Part shown: positions 12,501 through 27,500 of the stretch, piece by piece
Layout of the letters: the number at the start of each line of letters is the position of its first letter
Position numbering within the stretch: the stretch's first letter is position 1
Source: Asterias rubens
Lineage: Eukaryota
Direction of reading: 5' to 3'
DNA length: 64,000 bases
NCBI RefSeq assembly: GCF_902459465.1
Contig: NC_047073.1
Location: forward strand, 12,648,001-12,712,000
Position numbers and translations under genes: made by a program
Notes under the pieces: model-generated
Database searches by the model: none
Seen by the model: the letters and a program-made list of their open reading frames with translations, nothing else
What the model was told of the DNA's origin: nothing

Positions 12501-15500
12501 CAGGTATACAGGTGTTAACCAATATAAATCTTGTTAATAGATTGTTAAAAGTCTTTCTGGATCTTTGGTACTTTTGGTGATTAATTGTGTGTTGCATTGC
12601 ATTTTATACAGAACCTTTGGGTGTCAAGAATTTAAGCGTTAAACCAGGCAGCCAAGGTATACTGGTTGCGTCTTGGGAAGACAAGGGAGTTGGCCATACA
12701 AAAAATCCGTGCCTCGCTTCTAACTACCATGTGACCTATGAACTCATCAATCTGGATCAATGTGGGGAGGGTGATCGATCCGGTGCCTCAAAGAACACTA
12801 AAGATACAACAACCACTGTCGAGGGTCTTCATCCATACTCTACCTATAGAATCAATGTAACATCGAGAAATGAAGCAGGTGATGGACCCACAAAATCCAA
12901 ATCAGCGATTACAACAGAAAGAAGTAAGTAAACTACCTGCTTGTTGTTGGCCATGTTTAGTGTATCTATTCCGTCAGCTCGTCGTAAGAGAGACGGAATG
13001 ACACCTTTGTTGTTGAAACATCTGCACATTTTCCGACTCCTCCTTATTATAAATGTGTTAATGGTCTCTTCCAACCAGGTTTCGGGATTGCGCCTACATT
13101 CAATAGCAGTAGAGTGACATCTAATACCATCAGCATCACCTGGAACCCCATCCCATGTGGTAGTAGAGGAGTTCGTATCACTAGTTACGTCGTGAGTTTG
13201 TCTCGACAAGACGGGCAGAGCAAGCGAGACAACCTAAAGCAAGTGCCAAACACTTCTGTATCTGCACAGTTTGACCAGTTATTCCCTTGTACAACATACA
13301 TTATCACCGTAACTACTATACAACTTAGGGGTGAAGGAACATCGTTTAGCCGTGAAATAGAAACAGACACAACCGGTACGTATGAAACGGACAGTTCATC
13401 GAAACTGATGATTCATACACACACAAAATGAAATCTGCGCAAGCGACTTATGAATGTATTAATAATGAATAACTTAATTATTCAATCATATATATATTTT
13501 TGTTTGTTTTTTGGTTGTTTTCATTTTTGTACTCGATCCAACCAGTCATATGGAGTTTATTTTGATGTATTGATATTAGTCTCTCGCGTGCATTGGCTGT
13601 TAATATTTCTTATGTTCAATAACCATGTTCCACGCTTTTGTGCATGATCATTCCAAAGTTCCAGAAGCTGTTACTGGCTTGACTATCAGTCGCATACGCC
13701 ATGATCAACTGGAAGTATCTTGGACAGCCCCTGGTACCAACACTGACAATCCATGCCTCGCCGCTGACTACCTGGTGACCTATGAACTCACCAATCTGGA
13801 GCAATGTCAGAAGGTTGATGATGCCGGTGTTTCATCACTGAACACTCCCGATACTTCAGTCATTATAGAAGGATTAAAAGCACACTCTACATATAGGGTC
13901 TATGTTACACCGAGAAATGAAGCTGGGAACGGAACAGCGACAACTAGTTCAAAGATTACCGGCGAAAAAAGTAAGTGTGTCAGAGTGGATGCATAATTGT
14001 AATGCATGTGTTATAATTGTTTACTTTACATACAACATAAACGCACATTTATCTTTTACAGAAAGTGAAATAAATTCACTACAGTATTAATTATTTTAGA
14101 GCATTGCAATGTACATTAAATGTTGGTGATTCCAGCCACACCATCTAGACCATGCAGATTATAGTGTCATCGTCATGTTTGATTCCAACACGGGCGTTTG
14201 ATTACAATACAGTTCGTGTGAGTTGGTTGAACCTCATCCGACCCTTGTGACTTGATAACAGCAACGCGGCATTTACATCACAAAGGCCATTTGAACACCC
14301 AGCAGGGTGGATATGTGCGCATTACAAGTCTTATTATCAATATTAATTTTTATTTGAACAATTAAATTTGAGCTAGCTCGTTCTTTAAGATCATCGGTGT
14401 GAGTTTCTGTACAACAACATTAACAAAGAAAGGGATGATATGAAGCATAAACGACTGCGTTTGGTGATTTACATTAGGCCCTCAAGCTGCGCCTACATTT
14501 AATAGAAGTGAAGTGACTGCCAGTAGCATCAGCATCACTTGGAACCCCATCCCATGTGGCAGCAGAGGAGGCAGTATCACAGGCTACATCTCAAAGTTGT
14601 TTTTAAAAGGAAATATCCAAATTCAAGATGACGTGATTGGTGAGAGTACGTCTGTACAGTTTGACGAGTTGGCTCCATGTACAAACTACACCATCGCTGT
14701 AACTACAGACGGAACAAGCATAGGCACATCATTTGAGCGGGAAGAGACCACATATACTGTCGGTATGTACATATAAATATAGAACTGTTTACCAAAATGA
14801 GTCTCAAACAAAAGGGAGTATAGGACCATGTAAAAAAGTATTAAAACAAGAAACGCATTACAAACAAAGCTTCACTGCATGGCACTTGGGGAAAATGGCT
14901 GAGACACGTACTTAACTATTGAAGATATAATTACTACCGGTTGCATGTTGAGTCCGATCCCCAAAACATGTCATCACTTTACAAAAAAATAAAATGCATA
15001 TTATGGTTCGTATTAGAGACCCCGAAGAGGAGCGACAGGCAGAGCTTCTTGATTATGTCACTAACACTGGAACAGGGCAATGTTCGCTGCTTCGTTTTTC
15101 TCCAAGGGATGCAATATTATACATGTATATTGAAACGTATAACGACGTCACATCTTTCTTACTAGCTCCAGGACGAGTGACCGTGCTACGGGCAAACCCA
15201 ACCTCAGACGCAACCCAGATCCATGTTACTTGGCTGAACCCCAACGCCAACGACTGTCCAGTCTCTAAGTACAAAGTAGAATACCAACTCCTGCACAGGT
15301 AGGAATTGAATTATCTGAGAAAGCAAACAAACACCGACGCTGAATTATAGGTCGTATCATGAGTTAATAATATTATAATTATGCATTTTTTTTTTCTTAT
15401 GTTCTTATTTTCTTACTTTTTTACTTTCTTGTGTACTGAAATTAGTTGGAATCTATTTTTAACTATATAAAATTATGCGTTTGGAAGATTTTGAAGTTTT

Positions 15501-18500
15501 TCATGATTTAGTCAAAAAGTATTTTCAAGTTAATACAAATTAACTTCCTTAAATGGGGTACATATTGTGATACTGTTTTGCAAGGTTTCATTCAAATTTC
15601 TGGACACTATTGGTAATTGACAAAGACCATCTCCCCACTTACTGCTGTATCTCAAAATATGCATAAAATAACAAAACCTGTGAAAATTTGAGCTCAATCG
15701 GTCATAAAAGTTGGGAGATAATAATGAAAGAAAAAAACATTGTCACACGAAATTGTGTGCTTTTATATGATTGATTTCGAGACTTCAAAATTTAAATCTG
15801 AGATATCGAAATCAAATTCGATGAAAATTACTTCTTTCTTGAAAACTACGTCACTTCAAAGGGAGCCGTTTGTCACAATGCTTTATACTATAAAAAGCTT
15901 CTCATTACTCGTTATTAGATAATGTATTGTGCTTATAATTATTTTGAGTTATTACCAATAGTGTCCACTGCCTTTAAACATGTGATGTTTAGTACAAGGT
16001 ATGATTGACAGCTCCAACTCGTCATCATTTTATATCGGTCGATTACTTTAAAATATATTACACTTACCAAAAAGCTACCTCGTTTTACTGTGAAAGTAAT
16101 AAATCCTTTAAACTGAACGATTTTCTGTAAAAGGGACCAGTGTGTCAGAGACGTACCACAGAATCGTGAGCAGTGGCTTGATGGCTCACAGTCACCAACA
16201 ACCATAACTGGATTATACCCACACTCTACGTATCATGTTTACGTCACGCCTTCTAACAGTGCAGGAGCAGGGGAAGAGGCATCAGTGCTGGTCACTACCA
16301 ACAGTACTGGTAGGTATATACAACATGTTTGTATGCTTTTATTATAGTAAAGAATTGGGTTAATGAAGCTTCAATCATGAAAATAACTCTCTTTCTTTCT
16401 TTGAAAAAACGCCAAGGTAAAAATTGTGGCAAAAGGGATGCAAAGGGGCAAGTGAAGAGTTAAGCTTAAAAAAATGTATAGGGCACCTGAGCTTGCAGCT
16501 CTGTCTGAAATTGGCGCATTATAAATCTTTGTTCATATTATTATCTTCATTGATCAAGGGAAGAAATTGTTCACGGTATAGTGTGTAAACAATTTAATAA
16601 ACACGGTTATGAAAGCATGTTTCACGGGATAACAAATGAATTGAACGTTTTATAAACGTGACTTTAATGTATTGTCCGTAATTTCGAATGTATTGACGGT
16701 AAGTATTCATGTTTGTATTAATGTTTTGTTTTTTTTCATTTTAGCACCTTCCGGTCCTCCAAGTGATTTGAAGTTTTTTGATGTTACCAACCAAACCATA
16801 TCGTTCTCATGGAAACGACCAGTGTGTGGTCAGCGTAACGGAATCATAACCCAGTATCATTACAGTCTCATTGACAGTGAAGAAGGAGTGTTCGAGGAAG
16901 ATACAACCTCTAGTACTGGGACAGAATTCACTGGCCTCGTTCCTTTTATGTCATACAAACTGTCTGTATCTGCAGAGAATCAGTTTGCTTCAGGGCCAGT
17001 TGCTTCAATTACGACTCCAACACAAGAAGGAAGTAAGCAAAACAATGTCGTTTAATTTCTACAAGCCTATAATAACACTACACAAAGACGATGATTGTTT
17101 TTACTATTTTCAGTCACCAACATGTAATATACAACTTGTGTACGTGGGTTACTATATTTTTCTCTTATAAGTCTAGATGTAACAATAAATAACATCTCTT
17201 CCGACTGCCCCTTCCCAAACGTTCAGTTTGTTCTCAGAACGGGAAAAAATGATTTCTCCCAACATACCTGACCCCCCAAAACACACAAACACAAGTTAAT
17301 TACACAACGATGGTGGCTTTGTCTTAATAGTTGAACCATTCTGGTGTACTTCATGTTTGCTTGAATATTTCTCTCACATGTTATTTTAGTGTGTGTTGCA
17401 TATTAGTATAGAAGTACTGGAAGTATTGTTAACACATTATTTCAGTTCCTCCTCCCCCAAGCAAAGTCACTTTTCCAGTTACGAGGAGCGACATGATCAC
17501 CGTAGCGTGGAACGCTCCTAGTCCTCCTCATGGCATCATCATCAGCTACGACCTTCGATATTGGAAGACAGGGTCAGGGAACCAGACATTGGGAGATACA
17601 GTGAGAATCACTAAGCAGCTTTCTAATCAGTACCAGAGGAGGAAGATCTCGAATTTGGAAGGAAGTATAAGCTACTCAGTCCAGGTAATACATTGTAAAA
17701 TTATTATGCATCCACAGCATGGAACAACATCCCTTCTTTCATTAAAGCCGCTAAATCCACTGACCAATTTAAACAACTTCTGAAAACACATCTCTTTCCT
17801 GTTCAATCTTTTCTCCTTTTCTCATTCTTTTCAAACATTGTGTATGTAGCTTTTCCGATAAGATTTTGTTGTTTATTGTGCATTTCAGTTTTTGTAAACG
17901 CTGTGATATAGTTTTCTATGGGGAGCGTCTCTAAATACCTGTTATTATTATTATGATTATTATTATTATTATTAAAAACACAAAACCAGTTCCGCTTGAT
18001 AATAAAACACGATATTATTTTTGGCTCCTGTTGAATATAGTTTTTGTTTGTAAATGCAAGTGCAAGGGTTAACTCTGCGGAGTGCCAGAAGTTTCGTAGC
18101 ATTTTCACAAGTGAACATTAACCTCAGCAATCAACTTGTGGTGTTTGTCGTGGCGATAAGTCGACTTTGAGAAGCAACATTTTCATGAAAAACCGTCTTT
18201 GAGATATAAATTGTCAGGACAAGTTGACATCTTAGTGTCAGTAAGTTGACTTTGAGAGTTAAATTATCAACCCAAGTCGACATCATAGTATTCATGTAAG
18301 TCAATTTGCAGATTTAAATAATCTCTTAATATTACTCTTCTGCAAAGACACCTGTTAAATTATAACTTATCCAAGTTTAATATCAACTGCATTCAAACTG
18401 AAGAAAAAAAAAAACCGAAAATACATAGAAGACAAAAGAAGAAGAAGAAAACAAAAATTATTCCTCTACAAAACAACCGTCAACAATTTAACAACCACAG

Positions 18501-21500
18501 CAAGACATGGTCCTGCAAGACCTATCTTCAATATGTATTACGAAATTTAAGCCCATAGACCAGTAGAATAGACACAATCAAAACATGCCTTTATCACCAA
18601 ATGAATACTGCCATGTCCAAGATTCAAGAAATCTCATCTTGTATTTTATTTAAATTTCACGTTTTGATAATTATCTTCCAGGTTCGAGCTGAGACAAGTG
18701 TTGGACATGGTCCATGGAGTGACATCTCAACCGTTACTACTGATGCCGGAGGTAATACCACTACTATTAATTTTGTTTTCGAATAATTGCTTTCTTTAAA
18801 CCATACGAAATGAAATCGTGCTAAGTAATTATGTCTTTGAAAACAATTTCATCGCTCTATCATGTTCCATAAATACACAAGTTTACCGAACCAACATGGC
18901 CACACAGCATCAGAAAGCCCTACTAAATATGACACTATCGATAAAAAAAGTGAAAACAAAACAACCCAGCATAATACCGTTAGTGGGGCTTAAACAAAGT
19001 GGGTCTTCTGACGAAAACGTATCATGCATATTGTTTAAATGGAAATGTATGAAATTACGGGCTCGGTGGTGTTTCATTGGATCATGTGGTCCCTATCATC
19101 CAGGTTATGTTCACCAACAACGAACGTATCGCACAGTGTGTTCACCACCCAGTGTTAAAGGGTCTATGTACTTTTTGTAGGACAAAAAAACGTATTTCCA
19201 TAACATTGTTTTACTCACCTCAGCAACTAACATTTTAACGTACGCTTTCTACTATCATTATCTTCAAACGGTGTAAGTTTAATAATGTAAATCTGTGGAC
19301 ATTGTGTTTTGTGTAACAAAAAGTACCCAAATCCTTTAAGAACAGAAACGGTTTGGAACATCTACATTGTATGGAACACAAACTTTATTAACGTATCCAC
19401 AACCGGTTTGGTGCAGTTAACTTCCTTGTTTATACCGCTATATCCAATCATGACACAATGCTGACGTGTACAAACATTTGGAAATGAGGAACAAAGTTAC
19501 AATATTATCATCTTGACATACGTTTCTTTCCACACAGAGCCAAGTCAACCGCGATCTCTGATCGCTACAGCGATAACCCAGACGAGCATCACACTCAGTT
19601 GGGAAAAACCACAATATCCAAATGGGAGGATCGTACATTATATTGTATGTATACGGTATTTTACTGGTTTTAGAACCCTCAGACCTGTCGAAATAATACA
19701 CATTCTTACAGCAGCAGTGGAGGTTGGCGACCGAAGTATAAAGTTTAAACGCAATATTTATTCTCAAGGCAGTGCTTCATCTCGAAATTAAGTTCTATAA
19801 ATGCACGCGTAAGAAGACATTATGAGTAACCCCCTCATATTGCTGCTTTGGAGCCTGGTTTGTACTAGACTTGTTTCAATTCCCATTCTCGTTCGGGAGG
19901 CCCCTCAGAGCATACCTGCCGCCGTCATGTAGCTCCTGTCGTCCCGAGAAGAGGTTGGGGAATGCAGAACATCACAAAATATTAGTTTTATGAGATTGGC
20001 ACGGGATTGGGACTTGAGTCAAGTCTGGTTTGTACCTAATTTAACATCTTTGCTGCTTACCTTTGCATACGTTTGATGGAAATCAGATTTCTAACTCAAC
20101 ACCCTGTTTTACACTTATTATGGAATGTCAATTAGATTTTGTGGATAATTATTATTTTATTTCAAATAATCATTTTGAAAACCTAAAATCTATTTATGAT
20201 AAAAAAGGACCCGATCGTCACTTTCGTTCGTTTGTACTCACACAGTCTACTCATTAAACCACAGGTTGAGCACCGTGTGTATGCCCGCCCATACGACCGT
20301 AGCTTCAACTTCTACAGTCACGCAGAATTTTGGAGTTCAAAAGTATTGGCTGCGCCTTTAATTACAGTTATCGGCGATTTAGAGCCTTCCACGCAGTATG
20401 AGGTTCGGGTTCAGGCAGTAAACAATGCCAATATAACTGGAAATATTACACAACTGGAAGTCTTCACTGAATTACCAACAGGTAAATAATATTGTAGATA
20501 TTGTTATGTAATGTTTTCACGTTAGAATATTTTGAGCATAACATTTTTACACTGTTTGNNNNNNNNNNNNNNNNNNNNNNNNNNNNNNNNNNNNNNNNNN
20601 NNNNNNNNNNNNNNNNNNNNNNNNNNNNNNNNNNNNNNNNNNNNNNNNNNNNNNNNNNNNNNNNNNNNNNNNNNNNNNNNNNNNNNNNNNNNNNNNNNNN
20701 NNNNNNNNNNNNNNNNNNNNNNNNNNNNNNNNNNNNNNNNNNNNNNNNNNNNNNNNNNNNNNNNNNNNNNNNNNNNNNNNNNNNNNNNNNNNNNNNNNNN
20801 NNNNNNNNNNNNNNNNNNNNNGTTTTTGGTTATTGTTGGTTTGTTTGTTTGTTGTTGTTGTTGTTTTCGGGTTTTTTAAGGGGGGGGTGGTTGGGTTGTG
20901 AGGGGCCATACAAAGGTTTTCGAGCTGAACACGATTGTTTTGTATTTCTGCCTATTTCTCGATCCTAGATCTTACTCCACCTGATAAGCCGGCTCTCATC
21001 GGGGCGGAGTCAAGTGTCACACATCTGACCCTCCGACTAGCCAGTACCAACACCTCTAAATATACCAGGTAAATTGCTTATAAATGGTTATGTCATGAGA
21101 GGGGTAAGTTTAAAGGTATCATCATCATTGAAATCTGCGAAAAATGCCGGGAACTCTACCGATGCTTTAAAATGTTTTGCAAGGAATGTGTACTTATCCA
21201 TGCAGTGACTCAAAGAAGGCCATTGATCAGAACACACTGACATTATTCCACTATAAATAAGGGAATACAAGTGTAGCGACGAGTTCTTAAACGGCCGTTT
21301 AAAGCCGCCAGGGTCGTTGCCGTGTGATAAAGTGTTTAAACGGACGAGTTTAAACGGACGTTTAAGAACGAGCCACTACTCTTTTATTCCCATTCATAAA
21401 TGCCCTTTTGTTAAAAAACGTTGAACAAAATTACGGACACTTTGACAGTTAAAAATTCGAGGATTGAACACGCGGAAGCCAGCCGGTTATAAACACTGGT

Positions 21501-24500
21501 CATTATCAACCGTTTAAACACCCCCACGTGACGCGCTCTCCACCAATAGGAGTAGAGAAACTGTCTGGGGTATTTATTAATGTTGTTTTATTCACAGTTG
21601 CTGGCTCATATGCTACGATATCCTAAGCTGGACCACGGCATTCGTCATTTAGGGGTGTCACTCAACGTGCGCGTCCGTGATTTGGTAAAGAGGGGGCACA
21701 ACAAATCTGTGTACACATCCTTTGTTTTCAAAACTCGTATGTCAAAATGACAATGGTGGATGAAACAAGATTATTCGAGGTTGCATTACCTGATGATGTA
21801 AACAGCACAAACAAATCGTTTAAGAATGGCAAAACGAACCATCTTAAACATGATAGGCACAATCGTGGACCCATATGCCTGATCTCGAACCGGCCCAGGG
21901 TATGTCATCATTGTTTCAAACTATTCTTCATGCTCATGTTTTTTATTTTTATTTGAAGTTCTTACCAGATTGGTGTGAAGAGCATTGCTGATGATTCGAC
22001 CTTGACTGGCAAAATATCCAAACGATCTGCGCCTGAATTTCTGCACCACGACAACAATCCTTCTGCTTATGTTGCTGCTGAATTACCTGGAAGACTCCCA
22101 GAAAAGTTTGTCGTTGGTGACAACAAAACCTACGGCGGGTACTGGAACCCACCGCTGCAAGAGGGCGCTGTGTACGAGATCTACGTCGGTGCTGTCAGCA
22201 GAATAAATGAAACGGTATGCCAAAGCAAGTTACTATACTATCGAAGAAACAAGATATAGCATTGTGTCTAGCTTTTAAAAAAAATAAAATAATAACAATA
22301 AAAATAATAATACCTGTTAAGTACTGTTATTACATGTATTTTAACTTGCATACTTAGTTTTCAACCCAAACCAATTGACAATGTGTACTGACCTTTTTTT
22401 TATATTTTATTTATACTGTTAACCGTTTATTTTGTTAATAAATTAACTGTTTATTTTTTTTATTTATTCTGCCACAGAAAGCGAGCGTGGTTTGGAATGA
22501 CGAACCATTGACAGTGGAAGGTGAGTTTGATTTTAATTTAGTTTAAAACAGTGTAAGATTGATCTCTGGTCAAGACAGTTGCTGCAAACACTTCCCCAAC
22601 TTCTCGCAAATAACGCACCATCCTTCCTAAATAAGATCGTGCGTTGCACAATCATCATGTTTTAAGAAAACAAGATTATGTAACTACTGGTGACTCTACC
22701 TGGCTAAATAAATCACATTCCGTCATGTTAATTCTTAATATATCGTTCATTCCTGAAGTGGATTCAACACGTAAAGTTTAAATATATTGTAATCGGAAAC
22801 TGTTAGCACCCGGGAAAACCATGTTGGTATGCCATTATAGGGGCAAGTGGTACCCCAAATGTTTCCATTCTTTGTTTTACATTATTTGACCAACCCCTAA
22901 AAGTCGTTAAAAGTTTGTGTAAGACATTCAAAGGCCACACTGAAGACTCCATCTTGCTCCATATCAAGCACAACATGAAGTAAAAACAAAGATGTCCTCT
23001 TTAACAAATATACAGTATAATCCGAACGAAGGTGCAATAAGCATGTCATCTGCTGTTCTTCGTAATGAAATATCATGCTCTTATTATTATCTCTCGTAGT
23101 GGATGGAGATTACTCGGAACCTAACGCTGCTGGATCGGTTGTTGCCGTGATACTCATTCTTCTGGTGTTAGTCATCATTGTTTTGCTCGCCGCTGTTTTC
23201 TTGTAAGTTTTGTTTTGGTTGTCTTTAGGCAAAAGTCAAAGTGTGTAAGAAAAAGATTGTTACGAATAACTATTCTTACCTACTGTGTCGTTGGTGAAAA
23301 CTGGCCTCCTTTGTGTTGATGGTCCGTATTACTCCAGTCGGATAACATGTAATGCTGCCTATAAATGAGGGCAAAACCAAAATGAAGGCTAATTAGTTTC
23401 ACGACAAAAATTAATGTGACGTCCTCTAGCGAGAATGTTGTTGTCTATAGGAGTTGTATAACTTTCAATTCAGTTCCCATCCAGCCTTTGTACGACATTT
23501 TACTAAAGGCTAACCCTAAGTAGTACAACTATAGTAACAACATCAGATTAAGACGTGTCTCTGTTTGAGTGTACAACAAATGATTATGGTGTAGGCCTAT
23601 TCCGGGTGTGCACAAAAGAAGTTAACTAAATGCTTAATTCCATTATATTAAGTTCTTTGGATCTCCGTGTAATAGTCCAAAGTGACTATTCACAGGTGAC
23701 ATTCCATAACAGTTACACAAAGGGGAAAGGCAACAGCCTCTTAATGTAAATCCCGATGAATAAGTTTGACAGTTGTTAAAGGAGCTTCGCTACTTTGTAT
23801 GCTGAGGTCATCAGTTGTTTAAGCCTACGATAAATATGTTTATAATAAAGTGAGGTTTGCGCAGACTCCGTGTAATTAAAATTTCCTTTGAGAAGATGGA
23901 ATAAGCATTTGTAAACTGCTTACCCAACCAGAAGGACCTAAGGCATGAATGCAAAATAACTAGTTAAATTATTGGTCTGACTTTTCTCGAAGACAAAATA
24001 AAATAGTAGCAAATAATTTATTTCCAAAACAATATATAAGTTATCAAACAACAACTTGTTTGGCATAAACATTCTTGAGAGTCTCAAGTAGGTCATTAAA
24101 TCCTTTTCATAAGCTCCTAGATGTCCCACCAAATGTATTATTTAAATTATGTGCTCAATTAACTCGTTGTATACTTGTTTTCATTTGAAGACGCAAGTGG
24201 AAAGAAGGAAAGGCAGTGGATGGACATAATGGTGTGAATGCAGCTTCTCAAAACCCACCAGACTATGAAGGTATGACGTTTCCAACAATTTACTAATTAA
24301 TAGTTCATTTTTTTTTCGAGGCAAATTTAAGGTGGCCTATGGGCCTAGACAATGTTGCAACAGTTACCTTTAAATATAAATACTCCCACTAAAAGGCTTT
24401 AATCACGAGTGTAGAGAGAAAACTTGGAAAAGTTTGAGAATGATCGAACAAATATTGTTCGCAACTTGTTTTATTGACTTTCAGACACGTATTACAAACC

Positions 24501-27500
24501 ACTTTAACCGACGTCGTCACACACAAGAAAATCTTTGTTGTGTTATTTGTTACTTAACGTGAAAAACAAAACAAAAAACCCAACAACAACAACAACAATT
24601 TAACTCCAAGAGGAACTTTACTTCTTCAGACATTGAGCTTTCAAACCGTGGCTGTGATGCATCCGCTGACAAAGTCTCCCGTTCATCTACCGACCATTCC
24701 TCCGGACAGTCAGCCAGTATCCCCGGCCCATCTGCACCGAAATCACCCACTAAGGATCAGTCTGGTGCCGGTCCGTCAACATCAACCAAGCCGACTATCA
24801 AACAGAAGCCGAATATTAGGTCCAGACCCAAGTCAAAGAGTGCTGTTAAGGGTGCATCTGGCTCATCAACAACGGGAGTCGTGACCATGACTGATCTAGC
24901 ACGGTTTATCAAAGCAAGAAAGTCTGGAAAGATCAATGCATTTCAGCAAGATTTTGAGGTACATTTAACCGGTGTCTAACATTCTCTGCTTCTTAAAAGG
25001 GGTCGCTAAGTTAAAATTCAGTTCTTTTACGAACAAACTTTCCACTAGATAGGTTCCTTTAGAAGGTGGGGAAATTACGCAGGTCTCCATATAAACCTTA
25101 TGTTAAAAGCCATCTTATTTAATTTAGTGGCCCAAGACTGCCAAACTTCGAAAATATATTTGCTTTGTTGATTAGGAACATTGAAATTAACATTCGATCA
25201 ATACAACAAGTGACTAAAACCTTTGACTCTTACAAACAAATGAATGTAAGAACGAGGTTGAACAAAAATACGTATACATTCCCTCAAAATATTACAATTT
25301 GTTCTGTAACTATTCGTTTTTATAAGACGCTCCCAGCTGTACCCAACCATCCCCAGACGGAAGCATTGGATGATGCGAACAAGAAGAAGAACAGATACAA
25401 AAATATCTCTGCATGTAAGTAAAAGTTTTAATCCAGAGGTCTTTGGTTAAAAAACAAGCTCCAGGTCTTTGTTCAACCCAACCTATTAAAAACTAGCCCA
25501 ATCACTTTCCACTGAGGCATATTAGTTACTATACTTAAAAAGTATGTTTGATAGATCCTTATTCAAATAAACATAAAATATAAAGCATGTATTGAATAAT
25601 AAACAAACAATAAATTCACGTCACATTGATCATACTTTTCTTTACAGTTAAATTTGAGTTTGCTGGTGACCTAATCAAAACAAATATTGACTAATATTGT
25701 GGTAGTTTTGGAAGGCCAGTGTCAGTGACACCAGTGTCAGTGACACTCTGCTTCAACTTACTGCACAGATTGCAACATTTGATGTCAAAGTTTACAATTA
25801 ATTAGTTATTCACTTCTTATGTGCAATAATGAATAACGGTAGGTAATTTTGTAAAATGTCTCATTGACATGTATAGCAAAATTAACAACAATGACCACTG
25901 TTTTGTTTGGCTTTTCCTCAAGTCATGCAACCTTCACTGTTTTTTATATATATTTTGTTTTCTTCTTCAGACGACCACTCACGTGTTGTGCTTGAGCCAC
26001 TTGAAGGACATCCACATTCGGACTACATCAATGCATGTTACATTGACGTATGTGTTAAGTTATTATTTTACCTTTTAGCAATAAATAATGACTATGTAAA
26101 TTTCTTGTTGAAAACTTAATTGATGTCTACTTTGAATTCTTTACAGGGATACAAGTACGATGCCAAGTATATTGCATGCCAAGGTGAGTCAAATTTAGAT
26201 TTTCAAACTACGAACTGTCAGTTTAGGGGTAAAAGACTCCTAAGTGATTTATTTTGTGAGAGCATGAATCGCCAAGGTCCGTTAAAGTAGCATTGCAATG
26301 AACTGAAACGGTTGGGTCTGAAACTTCTACATTTGTCGTAAGTTAAAACCGTCTTATATATCTTTTAACAGATTTTGGTACTTGTTGGTACTTTTTGTTA
26401 CACAAAACACAATGTCCACAGATTTACATTGAACTTACACCGTTTGAATAATAGCGGAAGTAGATGGCGTACCTTATTGGTTGCTGAGGTGTTGTAGTTT
26501 GTGAGAAATAAGTAAAACAATGTCATGAATACGCTTTTACATGCTCAAATCATTTTCGTCTAATGATAACTGAGACGACAATTATTTTTATGACATTGTT
26601 TTACTCATTTCTCAAAAAACACAGCACATCAGTATATAATATTTTCAGGGAAGCTTTCTACTATCATTATCTTCAAATTGTGTAAGTTTAGTGTAAATCT
26701 GAAGACATTGTGTTTGTTGTCCTACAAAAAGTACAAAGACCATTTTAAGAAGTAAAGCTGAGTTGTTTTAATGTTAAAATAAACATGATTTACGGTGATA
26801 CACTGGTCAAATTTGATATTCAACTTTTCCAAACCCTGGAAGCAACTTCCCACATAATTAATGTTGATGAGGTTCATGAAAAAAATAATACATGTTGTTT
26901 ATTCAGGTCCCAATCAGACGACCGTGATCGACATGTGGCGTATGGTATGGCAGGAACGTGTCGGAAAGATCATCATGCTCACAAACCTCGTGGAGAATGG
27001 AAAGGTGACAACATTTGTCATACGTCATAACCTAATAACTAGTTTGAATTGAATATGCAATCCACCATTAAACATAAACTGACAAACTTGTAGAAGTTTT
27101 GGGATCGATCGGCCATCTGGGTCACAAGAAAATAGTGAAAACCAATTACACATGTTGCATGACATCGATTTGGAAAAAAATAAATGAATAAGTCCCTTAA
27201 ATACAAACTGTATCGCAGTTATGTTTTTAGAACAACGTTACTTAAAACCATAGTCAAATCATTTCACGGACTTTTGTTGATGAGCGTGTACATGTCCAAT
27301 TGTTGTGAGTTATAAGAAGCGCATGTGCTCTACTGAGAAGTGGGTATTTTTAGGCGGGGTGGTTAAAGTCAGGCCATTTAGACAGACAACAGCAGTGTCT
27401 GGAGTCAGTACAAGGGATCGATAAATTAAATAAGTGAATGTTAAAACGTTTTTCTATAATGCAGGATAAATGTGAGAAATACTGGCCAGACGAAAAATTG

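Noticed and set aside
12924-13078. Conserved intron that can be read as SARRKR (furin-like) and [10 protein letters not shown] in one frame
   Set aside because: That frame is incompatible with the flanking phase-1 exons; similarity among the four copies is explained by recent duplication.
12844-13370. Long antisense ORFs over FN3 exons (also 263-532, 46593-46856, 57090-57335)
   Set aside because: Shadow frames opposite real coding exons.
14994-15165. About 55 open codons upstream of and in frame with the FN3 exon at 15166, also open in gene 2
   Set aside because: The strong acceptor at 15164-15165 gives a complete FN3 start (APG.V); the extension has no domain features. Only RNA-seq could revive it.
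20501-20968. Three ORFs spanning poly-X
   Set aside because: Artefacts of the N gap.
21747-21956. 69-aa + strand ORF considered as the missing juxtamembrane exon
   Set aside because: The exon at 20969-21068 has the right phases (1 to 2) and sequence; this ORF has no matching splice sites.
25716-25747. Tandem ccagtgtcagtgaca x2 with near-palindromic units
   Set aside because: Short local duplication with no supporting context.
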